Shown here: positions 15,169 through 29,900 of the stretch, in pieces
Numbering within the stretch: position 1 is the first letter of the stretch
Layout of the letters: each line of letters starts with the position of its first letter
Source: Schmidtea polychroa
Taxonomy: Eukaryota
Direction: 5' to 3'
DNA: 64,000 bases
Assembly (NCBI GenBank): GCA_044892525.1
Contig: CM097885.1
Coordinates: 44,704,001 to 44,768,000 of the forward strand
Notes under the pieces: model-generated
What the model saw: the letters and a program-made list of their open reading frames with translations, nothing else
What the model was told of the DNA's origin: nothing
The model's database searches: none
Made by a program: the position numbers and the translations under genes

Positions 15169-16176
15169 GCTTAGTTAAAAGGAAAAAATAAAATTATAAA
15201 AAATATCAGCGATTTGCTATTATTTATTATTACTATTTTAAGAGATTTTTTTCATTAATTTGTATGATACTGTAGAATAACGGCTTTAGGCCAATTACAA
15301 ATAAAATGTATATATTTTAATTATGAGATTCTTACATTTTTATTATATTCATATTTCATTTATTTTCACTATAACAAAATTAATTATATATATCAGAAAA
15401 ATATCAGAAATATAAAACAGTTCGAATGTGAATAGAAAAAATATTTTACTAATAAAAATTGTTATGTTTATATTATTAGTAGCATGTTTTTAAAACAAAA
15501 TATTTAAACATCGTCCCAGCAGGCATAAGTAATGGAGGAGGCAAAATAGTTTTCAAAGAAATTTGTTTTAATGACCCGTTTTATGCACCTGTGTTAAAAT
15601 TATTTTAGGGGAAATTTTCGGGGTTAAAAATTGTTATAATATCTTTGTTATATATAACTTGTTATAAACAGTAAAATATATGTTTTTGTTAAAGAAGAAT
15701 GAAATATAGATAAACAAAACTCAAAAAGATTACTTTACAAAACACATGCGGTAATGGGGAATTTTTTGTTAGCCGCAGGAATTTTTTCGTTTCGGCTCAT
15801 GAGCCTTTTTATGTCTGGCTTTGACAGAAATAAAATGTTAATGATCCAATCAAAAAAATATTTTATTCCCGTGATCGGGTCGAACTGGGATTTGGCAGGT
15901 AAATTTGTCGTCGAGAACAATGCATTCATTCAAAATTTCAGATCGATCGAAGGTACTATAATTAACTTTTTTTTAAATTTTCTTTTAAAATATTAATAAA
16001 ATGTTCCTTTCAAAGTAATTTCTTAACTAGGTGATTTTGCGTAATATTAAATATTTCATAGTATTGAGCACGCATATTGAAACTTTAATTTTGAGAGAAT
16101 GTAAAAGAATGAGATAAGGAGAGTTTTACGGTTAGTTTGTTCATTATTATTTTTAACTTTATAAACTTATTTTTAC

Positions 16177-16434
16177 CTTCAATAACAGTGATATTTATTT
16201 GAGAAGATTTGTCTCCGGAAAAACATTCGTACTCCTTTGATGCATCCAGTCCAACCTCATTCAGTATTAATTTATTCCCCATCACACTTACGCCATTTAT
16301 CGAATTAACGGGTTGTTGATCTTTCACCAGTCTCCATTCCACAGGATAACAATCTTTGTGGAAATAACATGTAACTTGAGTCGATTCTCGTGACAGAATC
16401 ACAAGGTTCGAAGGTTGTACAATTACAAATCCAT
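16177..16434 (-). CDS. Host exon: Ig-like domain (type B)
   Basis: 258 bp, phase 1-1; STQVTC...DCYPVEW...NKLIL...EYEC...INITV. Confidence 0.87.
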
Positions 16435-16999
16435 CTATAAAAAAATTATCAATTTATATTTAAAATATGAATTAATCGAGTTCAGTTAATTAATATTATT
16501 TTCAAAGTGATATATAATGCGATTTCTTATGTCAGACTAGTTTTGAGTTATTTGGCTCTCATCTTTAAGGTGCAAAAAATTCCATTACACCTGAGATCGA
16601 ACCCAGCAACTTTATGACAAGACCACGAATCTGACGGTTAATTTTATTTTATTTAATCATTTATCATCAACAGATGCCATTGCAAATTTTAACTCTGTTT
16701 ACACTTATTTGGTGATACAGGGATGATATGAGCTTCTCATACACTTATCTTGTAAGAGATTAAATTATAAGATATAAGTGATCAAATTCTGGAGTCTGGT
16801 TTCAGTGCTGGGTTCGTATTGAACATCACTAATAACACTTTATTTTATGCAATTAGCCATCCGAAAATCAAAAAACTGTGTAATTAAATTTGATTAAATT
16901 CATTTTGCAATTTATTTTCTAAATATTACAAAGCCTTGCAAAATCAGGAAATGCTAAGAAAATCTGTTTATATTTCTATTACATATTAACCACACTTAC

Positions 17000-17189
17000 T
17001 ACGACATTTATTGCAGATTTCTTCATCAGAACCATCATGGCATTGCTTCTGCCCATCACACCACATAGAGGAAGGAATACACTTCATTTTATCAGCACAC
17101 ATTTTCTCCCTATAACTGCATGTCAATGGGATAACATTAACTCTCACCGTGATTGATGATTTTCTGGAATATTCCAGACCCCATGATAC
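17000..17189 (-). CDS. Host exon: Ig G-strand + LDLa repeat (absent from the ORF track)
   Basis: ttttcag|...|gtaagt, 190 bp, phase 0-1; VSWGLEYSRKSSITVRVNVIPLTCSYREKMCADKMKCIPSSMWCDGQKQCHDGSDEEICNKC. Confidence 0.88.
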
Positions 17190-19253
17190 CTGAAAATAAC
17201 GAAATATGTTTTAAGAAAATAATGCATTTCCTGTCACAATCACTTAAATGACCTCGTTAAATGATTTAACATTTAATTCCACCGATAATCAGTCTTTCTT
17301 TTTAAAATTTTTTTAATTAATTAATTTATTTATATAATAATTATACATTGTATAATGATTATATATGAATCCTTATTATAATTCACCTATTTCTTAGTTT
17401 AATTCTATGTAATGACATCACAATTTTAATTAGGGACTCTTAAAAAATATTTTGAAAATTAGACGATTGTGTTCATTAAAATTGTGTGTTTACTTAGTGC
17501 GCACAAAAAAAAGTATTCAATGACTCGCTGTATTGGTTATATCTTAACAATGACTCATCACCCACTCATGACATATCGAATGAGTCATGCTTTTTATTCA
17601 GCCAATCAGAAGCGACTGTGTCAGATAGCCCATATGTCCCTAGTTCATAACTTAATTTATTACATAAGTTACATATAATTATTTCCTGGATCTAATGATC
17701 AACTATTCACAAAATTATTTAAATTAACATTATATACAATTAAAATATGATTATAAGAACTTTTTTTCCAATTTCACCACTGATTTTTTTCCCATTTTAA
17801 TTAATAAATTAAAAAATGAAAATTATCTGTGCAGATAACAATCGATATAAAAAGGCATTTGTTTAATTATCAGAATTGGTTTAATTTTGTTTTATTTATT
17901 CTAATTTAATGGCATTTCAAGCATCAAATAATGACTTTTCATTTTCAAATTATCAGAGTAGTGAATATTTTGAATTTGAAATCCTACAAGAAAATAGACT
18001 TGAAAAATATTGAAATGAGCAAAAACAACAAAATGGGCGAAAAAATTAGATATTAAGTCTTATATTTTTAAAAAAAAGACAAATATGTCAAGAACAATGA
18101 TGGAGAATCTAATACTAAACCGGATTTCCGAGAAAACTACTTATGCATGTTTTTGCCTATTTTAAATTATTGTCATATTTATAAAATCTTTTGTATGTTA
18201 ATATTTTTAATTAAATTAATATTTGTTAACAAATTTCAAATCAAAATTGGAAAACAACTTTTTTTCAATACACTATTTTGCTGTTGAGCATGGTAAGCAG
18301 CCACACTTCGAAAAGATGAGCAAAATTGTGCAAAAGTTTTCATCCGAATTCTGGAGTAATTGTAAATATGAGTTTTATGTAAAAAATTTAACAAATATAT
18401 GTTATTATGCCTAACAATAGTAATCAGAAATTAAAACATACTCATGTTAAAAGCATATTTTACATTTTTACTTGCTCCATTGACAATTTGTGCAAGAAAA
18501 TTTGGACAATTTATAATTTTAATGTAATAAATTATTGTTAAATTAGCTATAATTTGAGTCAAATATTTATGAAATTATTTTTTATCATAAATTTGCAAAA
18601 GTGTTATTGTACCATTTGACTGATTGCCCTTTTCAAAAATTAATTACTTCAATTATTTCATATTTTAATCTTCAGGGCATTTTTAAAAAATAAAAAGGAT
18701 TTTGTAAATATTAACCAGAAATAGCAAGAAAATATATTAATATTTTACATTTATTTTTTTATCCTGTGCGAATCATTAAACAGCCATGTGTTGTGGAATT
18801 ATCAAAATAAATTTTTAAAGGGATTTTGTATGGTTTATATATTTTTTGTACCTCACATGGTTTTTTCATCAATTATTTATTCATATTTTTATGGTAATCG
18901 TTCCATTTAACCTTCACTCTGTGCATTGGGGTCAAATGTATCCAAGCCCATTTAAAATGCAATTTCACTTCTATAAATTAACATTTGAACTAACCACATT
19001 TTATACCTAATTTTATCAATCCGTCAATTATATAGTATACTATAACATTTAACATACGTCAAACAAAAAATGCTGATATTAATGCGCAGTAATTATAAAC
19101 ATTGATGTCAAGGCAATCAAATATCCTATTACAACTATATCACAGACTGGCTAATTAATATTTCAACGCTAAAAATTAAGGGTTTCGGTACAAATATTTG
19201 TCGTTATTTATGAAAAACATTATTTGAAAAATATTTATGAAAATTGATTTTAC

Positions 19254-19498
19254 TTCACATCTATATTCACTTTCAACGTCTTTTGTCGCTTTTAAGATTG
19301 ATAAAATTGATGTCCTGTTGGGAAGGTAATTCAGTTTGACATTGCTCAAAATCGGTTTAGATTGATTAACTGTCCAAATTGGTCTCAATATTTGATTATT
19401 GGAGTTGATGGGTTCCATTATTGAACATTTGATATCTATATCATGACCAGCAGTAATGTTGATTACCGAGGACGGATAGTCAATTTTCAATGTAGGAG
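19254..19498 (-). CDS. Host exon: Ig-like domain (type A)
   Basis: phase 1-0; AGHDIDIKC...PIW...SILSILKA...EYRCE|gtaaaa. Confidence 0.85.
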
Positions 19499-21059
19499 CT
19501 AATATAAAAATAACATTAATAAAATTAAAAAAATAATTAAACCTTTAAGACCTCTTTATAACATAAATTTATGCAATCTTCAATTTATTTTAACCAGTAT
19601 AATGACTTAGATTTTGACTTTTTTGTTTCTTTTAGTAATTTTTTTCATATTTTAACTTTAAAAAAATTGTTATATATTATTTAAAATATGGTTTTGTAAA
19701 TTTTTGTGTCAAATTTTATTCATTGCAAGTATAATAAATGCCCATGATATTGTCAGTGTAATTAATTCAATTCAAATAAAATACTAAATTGCAATTATAC
19801 GTAACTTAAGGTATTAAGTTAGGGATATTCCTTCCCTTAAAACCATTTATTTCATTAATTTTATAATAAATTTTAATAAATTTTAAATAATATTTATGGC
19901 CTATATTCAAAATATAAATTTCTTAATATTTATTTCTTTTCAGATTTTAGAATAATATTTTGATTTATATTGATCTATAGTTTGTAAGAAAAGAAACTGA
20001 AAATAAAATTAGATCAATTGTGAGAAAAAGTAAAAGATTTTACTGATAGAAATATTGAAATAGTAAATTTAGTAAAAATAATTTTATTTGTTATATTGAT
20101 ATTTGGTTTTATCATAGAAATTACTGAATGAATGTTTAGGATATCAAAAATAATGACACGAATTTAATATAAGTGTTGAAATAAAAGTTATCTGAGATTT
20201 TATAAATTTGTTTCATTTAAACATCTCAATGTGATTTGTTTAAATATTAAATAATTTCAAATAGTTGTTTGAATTTCTAATCATATAAATTTTTGTCGAA
20301 CGAAGTCACATTATGAAAAATTATGTGTGAAACGAAGGATAAAAGTAAATGGAGTAAAAGTTAAGGAGGTTCAGAATTTAGGAGTATTTGTGATGGCGAT
20401 GATTTCTTGGAGTGTTTTCATCAAATAAAGAAAATATTTCAACGAGTCAAGCACTCAAAGTAATATGAGTTAGGGAGGTACCGAAAATTATTGTAATTGT
20501 TACTGGGAAAAAGCTCAATTTGGAATAAATAATAAAGAGTCAAAATTACTCAGACATTGCACAAAGAAAATATGGAATTTAGAAAATCAGAAAAGAATTC
20601 AAAGATTCGAAATAAATTTGGAATAGTTGAGGAGGACGAAATTCAATTTATGATTAAATAGCTTGGTCATGAAATGAAAATAAATGAAGGACTTATAATA
20701 CATGTTCTTTAACAGTAATTGTGGCACCCCAATTCTTATCTATTGTTTTAACGGAATAACACATTTACGAGTAAAATATGATTTTATTTATTACATATTA
20801 CTGATTAAAAATATGAATTGTTCAATTTATCAAGTAGTTCTTTCCCTAAAATTGGAGCTAGAAATCTAAATTTAAGTATACTTTTCTTTTAACTTTGTCT
20901 ACTTAGTGCTACTTTTTCAATGTTCTTTGACTAAATATAATAAAAACTGTTTTTCAAATCATGGGTTAAGGCGATTTAACGATGCTCAAAAAACTTTATA
21001 ATAACAATAAGAAGAAGAAAAAAGAATATGATAAAAAAAAAGCAATTAATATTACTCAC

Positions 21060-21323
21060 GTTCAAAAACATTCACTGAAACGTCAATGAAAGCCTTTTTT
21101 GATGAGGCAGAGCATTGATAAATTCCAGCATCTACTGAGGATATGTTAAAAACCCAAACTGATTGCTTGAAAACTACTAAATTTCTATGAATTTCCAGTG
21201 GTTTGTTGAACCGTAACCATGTAAGAGGATAGCACGCTTCCATAGTAGAAGAACACGTCATAGTTAATGTGTTTCCTCTTTCTGTAAAAACGTTCTGCCC
21301 TGAACTGACGCTTAGTGATTTGT
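21060..21323 (-). CDS. Host exon: Ig-like domain (type B)
   Basis: ttttag|...|gtgagt, 264 bp, phase 1-1; RGNTLTMTC...CYPLTW...DAGIYQC. Confidence 0.88.
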
Positions 21324-22579
21324 CTAAAATCCAATTATTTTTGTATTATTTTGGCTCTGTGATAATATAATAATATAATATGAAACAAATATAATCATTT
21401 TTTATTTTTTTATTTATATCATGTAATAATTAAACACAAACATTTACATATTTCCAAACAAAAATTAAAATTGAGGGAATTGAAAATATAAAAGAAAAAA
21501 TTAATTTAAAAAATTTTCAAAACTCCTAAGCTTTAAGCATTCCATGGACCTCGTATGTCATAATAGTCAACCAAAATTCATCTCGATTCTTTAATGGAAA
21601 ACTGATCTCATAATATTCTTCGTATTTATTAATTTTATTTTTTAATTAAAAAATCGTTTTAATAATATGTTAATTATATTTTCTTTTCAAAGCCGGTTTT
21701 TTTATGTTAAATTATTAGATCGTGTTTTATATTTTCATCGTTAAATTTTATTTCTAATTAATCTAATTTTTCAGACTGAAAAATCTGTCAAGAAAAGGTT
21801 TATTAATTTTATATTTTCATCTCTCATGGTAACAATTCATACTAAGAAGTGACTCTCTGTCAATTCTATCCGACTATTTCGACAGAAATTATTTAATCAA
21901 ATAAAATCTGACGAATGAATTTAAAAACACAAATTAGTAAACTGTAAACTAATTTGCTAAAGATAATTTTTTAGTTAAAAACTTGAAATAATTAATTCAA
22001 TGAAATAAAATGATTCAATAATTATATCAAAACTTTTTCTTATTTCTCCTAAATTGCTAATAACTTCAAATTGAAAAATACATTTTTTAATTTATTATCG
22101 CAAGTTAACAGATTTGTTTTATCTTTCGCATCTATTATTTTAAAGATAAATAAAAAAATTTTAAATTTCTGCTTTCATGTAATTTTTTTATAATTTTTAT
22201 CTGATATTTATGTCTTATAAAAGTAATAAAATACTTATAAATTTCAAATATTCATTTTTATAACAATATTTGAAAATTCGATTAATATTCTGAACAGAGA
22301 TAATTGAATTTTTTCTGTTATTCCTCCCACCGATTATTTTATTAGTCATAATTATTTGTCATTAATGCAAGTGTCTTATACCGGATGTTCCTTTATGAAT
22401 CACGGGAATGAATAATAAACAATAATATAATCTGAGGACTCGGATAATCAATATTAATCAATAATTATAATTGGTTATATAATGTAACTTAAAGGTCAGG
22501 ACAAATTAAATATCCAATTATAATTATACAATGATATTTGTTCAAACAAGATTTCAAAGTATTTCACTTTGGTTTTAAA

Positions 22580-22584
<5 letters not shown>

Positions 22585-22636
<52 letters not shown>
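22585..22636. repeat. (TA)n microsatellite
   Basis: Dinucleotide run. Confidence 0.95.
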
Positions 22637-22639
<3 letters not shown>

Positions 22640-22798
22640 CATTGTAATTTGTAAATATCAAAATACAAAATGGAAATTATCGATTTATTGTCTGGGACTC
22701 ATCTCAATTATGGTCTTAATTTATTCTCAGGACGAAAATATTTATATAATTTGATTTTTATAAATTTAGATTTTTTATATAACTGCAAAAAAAATTAC

Positions 22799-22988
22799 CT
22801 GAACAGTAGTTGCATTCTTCTTCATCTGATCCGTCTTCACATTGTGTAATTGAATCGCATTTTTGTGAAATAGAAATGCACATCTTACCAGCAAAACTTT
22901 TACATTGGAAATGTATTGCAGGATTACATACGATATTTATTCGTACAGATGTCATAAGATTACCTCTTTCTTCGAATCCCCACCGAAC
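22799..22988 (-). CDS. Host exon: Ig G-strand + LDLa repeat
   Basis: 190 bp, phase 0-1; VRWGFEERGNLMTSVRINIVCNPAIHFQC...CISISQKCDSITQCEDGSDEEECNYC. Confidence 0.88.
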
Positions 22989-23281
22989 CTATATGACAAC
23001 TATTAGCGAGAATAATACACGATAGTATTTTGACTATATCAACAAAATCATTTATTTTTTTGTTTATCTTTGTTTTACTTTTTTTATTTAAAATTTCATT
23101 AACATTTCAGTTATAGATCAATGTTTTTTTAGAACTCTCGTAAGAAAAATTTTGATATATAATTGAAAGCATAATGAAGGTAAATGGAATTCGAAATATT
23201 ATATAAAATTTAAAACAAAATATTAGAATGTTTGATTTACATTTTACTTCAGCGGTAATTGAACTGTAAATCGTTTTAGAC

Positions 23282-23737
23282 TAGGGTTGCTAACTCCCAC
23301 AACCTCGAACCCGGGAGATTATAAAATTTCGAACAGTATAACGTATAAGAAATAATATAACAGGTGTTTTTTCACTTTTTTGGTTTACACATGTTAGTGA
23401 TTTTAACTATATGATGACTAATACCATAAAGATTTAAACAAAACAATTATTTTTACATATTACATTTTACATTTTAAAAGTGAAAAAACTTGACAGTGAC
23501 AGACTAATATTAAATTAAACTTCTGGTGACTGTGAGCAAAAATCAGTCTTGACTATCATTATTTAGAGAGATCAAATAAAAGTTAAAACTTCAAAAGCTG
23601 CACTTTGTTCTTGAAAAATTGTAAAATATTGTAAAAACGGAAAGATGGGAGATTTACATCTCCCGGGTCATAGTTAACCGGGAGACGAAAGCCGATTCCA
23701 TGAGACTCCCGGCAAAACGGGAGAATTGGCAAGCCTA
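23282..23737. mobile_element. hAT-type MITE
   Basis: TIRs TAGGGTTGCTAA / TTGGCAAGCCTA, perfect 8-bp TSD TTTTAGAC, subterminal CCCGG/CGGGAGA motifs. Confidence 0.85.
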
Positions 23738-24333
23738 TTTTAGACATAAAATGAAATATCAGATATATTAATTATCGTTACGTAAAATAAGAATAACTTC
23801 TATTATGTTGCTGCAATATTCTCATCGTATTTATAATAACTTTTTCACTATACGTTAAATGAGTTCTAACCAGATAGTAAGTGAGTGTAAATATACTAAA
23901 CTTAACTTATTAAATTAACTTAAATGGAGCAAGTACTCGAGCAATTGGAAATTGGTCATTAGTAAGATGAATTTATAATTATTTAAATATTTGAATTTTT
24001 GTGGTATTATCATTATCAAAGAGTCCAATAACTTAAATAATGGAAGATTGTGTGTAAACTTTAAACAAAATTAAATCTACTTGAACCAATATTAGAAGAT
24101 AAAACATAAGTCTTTTTTCATAATTTTAATCAAATCAAAATTCATTTTTATTAAACCAAGATATCGACAATTTTAACAGACATTTTAAAATTTGACAAAC
24201 TCAATACAAATTCAAAAATAAATTTAATAAAATTCAAAAAATTTAATTACGAATCCAAACTAAATTTCAATTAATAGACATCTGGAGCAAATCATTGTAG
24301 ACGGAAAAACGCAACCCAATTGATGGTCTATCT

Positions 24334-24717
24334 CAGTGGTTTTCAATTAATATAAAAGCGCGGAACATCATTCACATGATTTTTTTTACGCGGAACACTG
24401 ACAAATAAATACTTGTCCACAATGAGTGACCAATCACAAATTACTATAAATATGTCGTAAACGTAAACAATGCGTTCTTATAAGCAAAGAAAATACCACG
24501 CGCAATAATAACAAGCAATAAAAACACTTTTATATTTGTATGTTTATATATCTGTGTAACGGCTTTCTTATTATTGAATCATCTTTCTTATTGAATCATC
24601 TTATAAAAAAATTGAGGTTTTTGATGATATGTATCTTAAATGCAAATTTAAAGATAAAATGTCATTTTTTTCGTAACACTGGAAGCGTAATCGCGGAACA
24701 CGGGTTGGAAACCACTG
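24334..24717. mobile_element. hAT (Charlie-like) MITE
   Basis: TIRs CAGTGGTTTTCAA / TTGGAAACCACTG, perfect 8-bp TSD GTCTATCT, subterminal CGCGGAACA repeats. Confidence 0.85.
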
Positions 24718-25129
24718 GTCTATCTTTTGTAAATAAAGTATTCAATCAATGAAAATTTCTTTTTACCTTTATCTTTCTATTTCAAACTACGCTATAGAAA
24801 TTTTTATAACTGAGTAAATTTCTTTCCAATCGCAATGTTGTGGTTCTGAGCACAACACAAAATGTCTATTTTTGAATTTGAAGTTTATCAATCGAAAAAG
24901 ACAAAATTCTTTTTTGGATACGATTTCAATATTAAATTCCAAATAACTAATCAAATTCGAATTCCAAACTCTAAGAAATTTTATTTAGAATTTTTTAGAA
25001 TTTTAATTTTAAATTCGATTAAAATCTATACTCTACTTGAAAAGAACTTCTAGAAAACACCTTATTTTCCCTAACAAACAAATTTCTGAAAGATATCTTT
25101 TCTACAATGCACCCTCTACAATTAAAGTC

Positions 25130-25942
25130 AAGATATTGGAAACATGTGCAACAATTTCTGAATATTGAAATTAAAACATAATTTTTACTTTAATTTTAAA
25201 AATCTTAAGTTGAAGAAAAATATCTCAGAATGATACAAAAAAATAAAAAATTAATTTTCTAATGACTTAGGAAGCTGAACATGTGTGTAACATTATTTTG
25301 CAAGGGGCCCTAAAAAATCAAATAATTTTTGATTTCTTATCCGCAAAGAATGCGCTAAAATATATCTAACCAAAAATTATTCTATTAAAAAATTTTAAAA
25401 AAAAATTTAATTTTTAATTCCTATTACATATCTTATGGTGAAGATGTTTTCCCAAATTTAAGAATTTCATTGCAAATTCTTTTGACAATTGGTATTTCTG
25501 TTTCAACATGCGAGCGTTCCTTTAGCAAATTAAAATTAATTTTGTCATATCTTCGAGCAACAATGAGTGAAGAACGTTTAAATAATTTGGCATTATTAAG
25601 TATTGAGAAAAACACTGTGAACAAAATTAACTTTGATGATGTCATTGACAAGTTCGCAAGTGTTAAAGCACGAAAAATTTGTTTGTAAATTATTACAATA
25701 AATAAAGTTTAAAACTAAATTGTTGCAAAATTAAATTAATTTTTTTTAAAACTGCTGCAAATCAATTTTAAAGAGTGAAAATTTTTGATTTTTTTTAAAT
25801 AATAATTTTTTTTTCTTAAAAAAGAAATGTCACTTTAGTGCAAAAATAATATACCAATAATAAGGAAAAGAAAAAATTCACGTGGAGAGGGGCGCAATTT
25901 TAAGTTTTGCCCCGGGCGCCGTGAACCCTAGATACGCCACTG
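25130..25942 (+). mobile_element. hAT transposon 3' remnant (C-terminal dimerisation domain plus right end)
   Basis: FPNLRISLQILLTIGISVSTCERSFSKLKLILSYLRATMSEERLNNLALLSIE...FASVKARK; terminus ...GATACGCCACTG. Confidence 0.8.
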
Positions 25943-26607
25943 CATACGTTTTCGAATTCCAAGTAAAGCCGGGTTAATATTAGCTAGTTCTCATATATAT
26001 TTTGAAATCGTAATTTATATTTTAAATTTACGTAGCTGTTTGTCTTTAATTCTTCTATTTAAATAATAAATAACTTCAAATAATTTACTTTTTTAATTTT
26101 AAAATAATTTAAACAATATTAAGTTATTTACTCGTTAGTATATTGTCACCTATATAAAATCACAAAAATGTCACATGAATGTGATGTACTAATTGTCTGC
26201 TTATAGCAAACACAGTATTGAAATGGCGTATCAGGGATAAGCAGACTTTTGAATTGGTCTAGTACAATTATCTGGTTGCGTCTCTATCTTGTTGGAACAA
26301 GATTTATATGAAAAATTATGTTGTACCATCTATTTTAAATTCAATATTTGTTATCTAAAATAAATTTTAATAATAATGTAATAATAATTTATTATATTCT
26401 TTATGTAGTTATTAAAATAATGTTTTGCAATTTCAAATTAATAATATGGGCTACTCATCAATTTGGCCTAATAAGGCCTGATTTTGACACTTTGATTAGG
26501 TCTAATGTATATGAATGAAGATAATACTGTAAACGTAAGATTGTCTAAAAAAGATTAAAATAATATATTGATAATATTTATAATCAATAACTTGTTTTAT
26601 GACATAC

Positions 26608-26825
26608 CTGGCATTTGACATCCTTTGGATCAGATAAAGACCTGATAATTAATTTAGAATGCCTTCTATCCAACTGGTTAATGTACCCATCTGTGGATTC
26701 AATATTATTCCACTGGACATGACCCTCAGAGGAATTACACCATAAATTGATATCAGATCCGTAGAATTCTGTCATTATTAGTTCGTCTGCATTCAAAACA
26801 GTATTCGTTATCGAAACGTCTGGTC
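26608..26825 (-). CDS. Host exon: Ig-like domain (type A, up to F-strand Cys)
   Basis: tttag|...CAG|gtatgt, phase 1-0; GSDINLWC...VQW...SKLII...VKCQ. Confidence 0.85.
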
Positions 26826-26943
26826 CTAAAATTCAATGAAAATAAAAGATTTTATTAAACAATATTATTTCACTAACACTATGATGACTCTTAATTTAAA
26901 AAAAAATAATATTTATAATAAATGTATTTTTTGAAAACTTTTT

Positions 26944-29900
26944 TTAAAGATTTTGAGATCTAAACTTTATTTTAAGCTTCCCATTTTGATCTTTAAGTAA
27001 GTAGCTCCGTTCATGTATTTTCTTTATCACTTTGTACGGCCCTTCCCACCTTGCATCGTCTTTATTTCGAATTTCTTGTTTGATCAAAACCAAATCTTCC
27101 ATTTCAAAATCTCTCACTGTTTTGCTTATTTTTGGTTTTAGTGTTTTATCCTCTATTCTCTTTTCCATATCTTCTCTATTTATTTCTTTATTCGAGTACC
27201 ATTTCATTCTGTCGATTTTCCTCCCAAATATAATCTCTGCTGGGCTTACTCCCGTTGTTTTTCGAACTGTTGCATTTAAAGTATATTCTATTTCTGGCAC
27301 TATATCAGCCCAGTTTTTCCTTCCTCCTTCATTCAATGACGCGTTAATATACTCTCTGATTGTTCTGAATTGTCTTTCAATAATACCATTCGTGTTATGG
27401 TGATATGGGCTTGAGAAAATTAATTCAATGCCAGCTGCCTTTGCTAGTTTTTTTATACTTCTTGCTTCAAAGTTCTTCCCACAATCTACATGAAGTTCTT
27501 TTGGAGCTCCAAACTTTAATATCCATTTATTTAATAACGTCTCACTAATTGTTTTTTCGTCTTGCTTGTTTATGGCCGTTAATGAGATGTATTTACTATA
27601 GTGGTCAATGATTCCGCAAATATATTTCTTTTTGTTGAACGTTTCTTTCAATGGCCCACATATATCCATATATATCTTCTCGAATGGTTCTGTACTCTTT
27701 ATTGTTTGAGTTTCCTCCTTTGTCTTGGTTGTTATCGTTTTCATTTTCTGACATCTTTCGCAGTTCTCAATTACCTTTTTTACTTCCGTTGCTAAATTTT
27801 CCATGTCGCAGTTATTCTGGATATATTTCGTTACTTTCTGTGCACCTGCATGACACAGTAATACGTGTACTTCTTTTATCATCCTCTGTCTATTATCTGA
27901 CGGTATCCATATTTTACCTTGCTTAGTTAGTACCGTGTTGTTTTCCATTATGAACTTACAATCTTTATTTTCTAACTTATTCTTTATTTCTTGGACCTCC
28001 ATATTGTCATTTTGCCACTTGTTATATCCGCCTTCTGCTGTTACTGTTAATATTCTGGTTTTAATTTTGCCGGTTTTTGGGTCTTCGTGTTTCATCATAC
28101 ACTGTACAGATGTTCCGCATGTTTTCCTGGATAGCATATCCGCGTTTGTATGGCTTGTTCCTTTCCTGTATTCCATTTTAATATCCAGGCTGCTTAAATA
28201 GTTGATCCATGTCTGGAATTGAGCAGTTATTGGTTTCTTCGTTGTTACCATAAACGTAATAGCTTTATGGTCCGTTCTCAGTACGAATCTCTTACCATAT
28301 AAGTAATGGTTGAAATGTTTACAAAAATAGTATATTGCCAATAATTCTTTTCTGGTAATGCAGTATCCTTTTTCGTGGCTGCTCATCGCATGTGAACCAT
28401 ATGCAATGACATGTTCATGTCCTTTTTCATCCTTTTGCGAAAGAACTGCTCCAATAGTATCGAAGCTCGCGTCTGTGTCTAATATAAATTCTTTTCTGAA
28501 ATCTGGAAATACCAATACTGGGGCGGTTATCAATGCTTCTTTCATTTCCCCGAAAGCCTTTTCACACATCTCTGTCCATCTTATTTTCTCATTGTTTTTT
28601 CCGCATATGCTTTCTAGTGCTCTTGCCTTCTTTGCATAGTCTTTTATGAACCGTCGATAATAGTTACAGATACCCAGAAAGCTCCTCAGACTCTTTACAC
28701 ATTTTGGCTTTTGAAATGATTGTATTGCTTCTATTTTAGTATTATCTGTTTGTATGCCGTCTTTATTTATTATGTGTCCTAGAAACTTCACTTCTTTTCT
28801 AAATATTTGACATTTTTCGGGGTTCAATCTTAGTCCTGCTGTTGCGATCTTCCCTAGGACTTTTTCAAATATGTTATAATGGTCTTCTTCTGTCTTTGTG
28901 GATATTAGGATGTCGTCTAAATATACCATCACTCCATCTTTCCACAAATCTTTCAATACTTTCGTCATTAATTCTTGAAATGTTCCTGGTGCCGCTGCAA
29001 TACCGAACGGCATCCTGTTAAAACAGAACTGTCCTTCTTTTGTTGAGAATGCTGTTTTCTCTTGAGATTCTTTATCTAACTTCACTTGGTAATAAGCATT
29101 TCCCAAGTCGATTGAGCTAAAATATCTGGATCCGTGTAGGATGTCTAAAATTTCATCTACATTTGGCATTGGAAATGCTTGTCTTTCTGTTATCTTGTTT
29201 AATTGTCTGAAGTCTAGACAAAGCCTGATGTCTTTTTTCTCTTTCTTCCATACACAAACTAAAGGTGTGTTCCACGGTGAATTACACTTCCTAATTATTC
29301 CGTTGTTTTCTAGATTTTTTATTGCTTCCTCAATCTTGTCTTCCAAATTTATTGGCTGACGTCTCGGTTTAATCATTATTATGTTTTATCAGATTGGTAC
29401 ACCCAATGTCCCATTTATCTGCCATAAAAACATTCTTGTTTGCCTGAAATATTTCTAACAGTCTCTTATTTCCGGTAACCTTTAAAACGTCGATGGCATG
29501 ACGTAATCTTTCTTCATCTGTTATAATCCGCCCAAATCTAGCTTCTATTTCGCAAATGAAATCACTACGTTTTTCATGTTCTTCTAGTATACATTTCAAT
29601 TCTATACCAAATAACCTTTGTAGTTCTACTCCTCCAATAATTTCTGGTATTAAATTCTTTACTATAATGAATGTTACATTTCTTTCAATACTGCCCATTT
29701 TAACATTGATGTTTATTTTACCCATAGTTTCTAATCTACTGTTGTTTGCACATCTTAGCGATTCCCTTGTTTCTAATATTTCGATATTTTCTAATCGATC
29801 AATTACAGATTTAGCCATCACATTAATTCGCGCTCCTGTATCCAATAAACAATCTACTTTCCGCCCTTGGATATCCAGTGTTGTACTCGGTCTACCTTGC

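Noticed and set aside
16570..16830. tRNA genes suggested by B-box-like GGTTCG motifs
   Set aside because: No clear A box or cloverleaf; at most decayed SINE fragments.
20340..20700. LINE (RTE-like) reverse transcriptase C-terminal remnant
   Set aside because: Only faint motif traces (VKEVQNF, LGH); too decayed to support by eye.
25943..25988. Helitron 3' end (…AGCTAG|T)
   Set aside because: No convincing subterminal hairpin and no 5' TC end or Rep/helicase sequence nearby.
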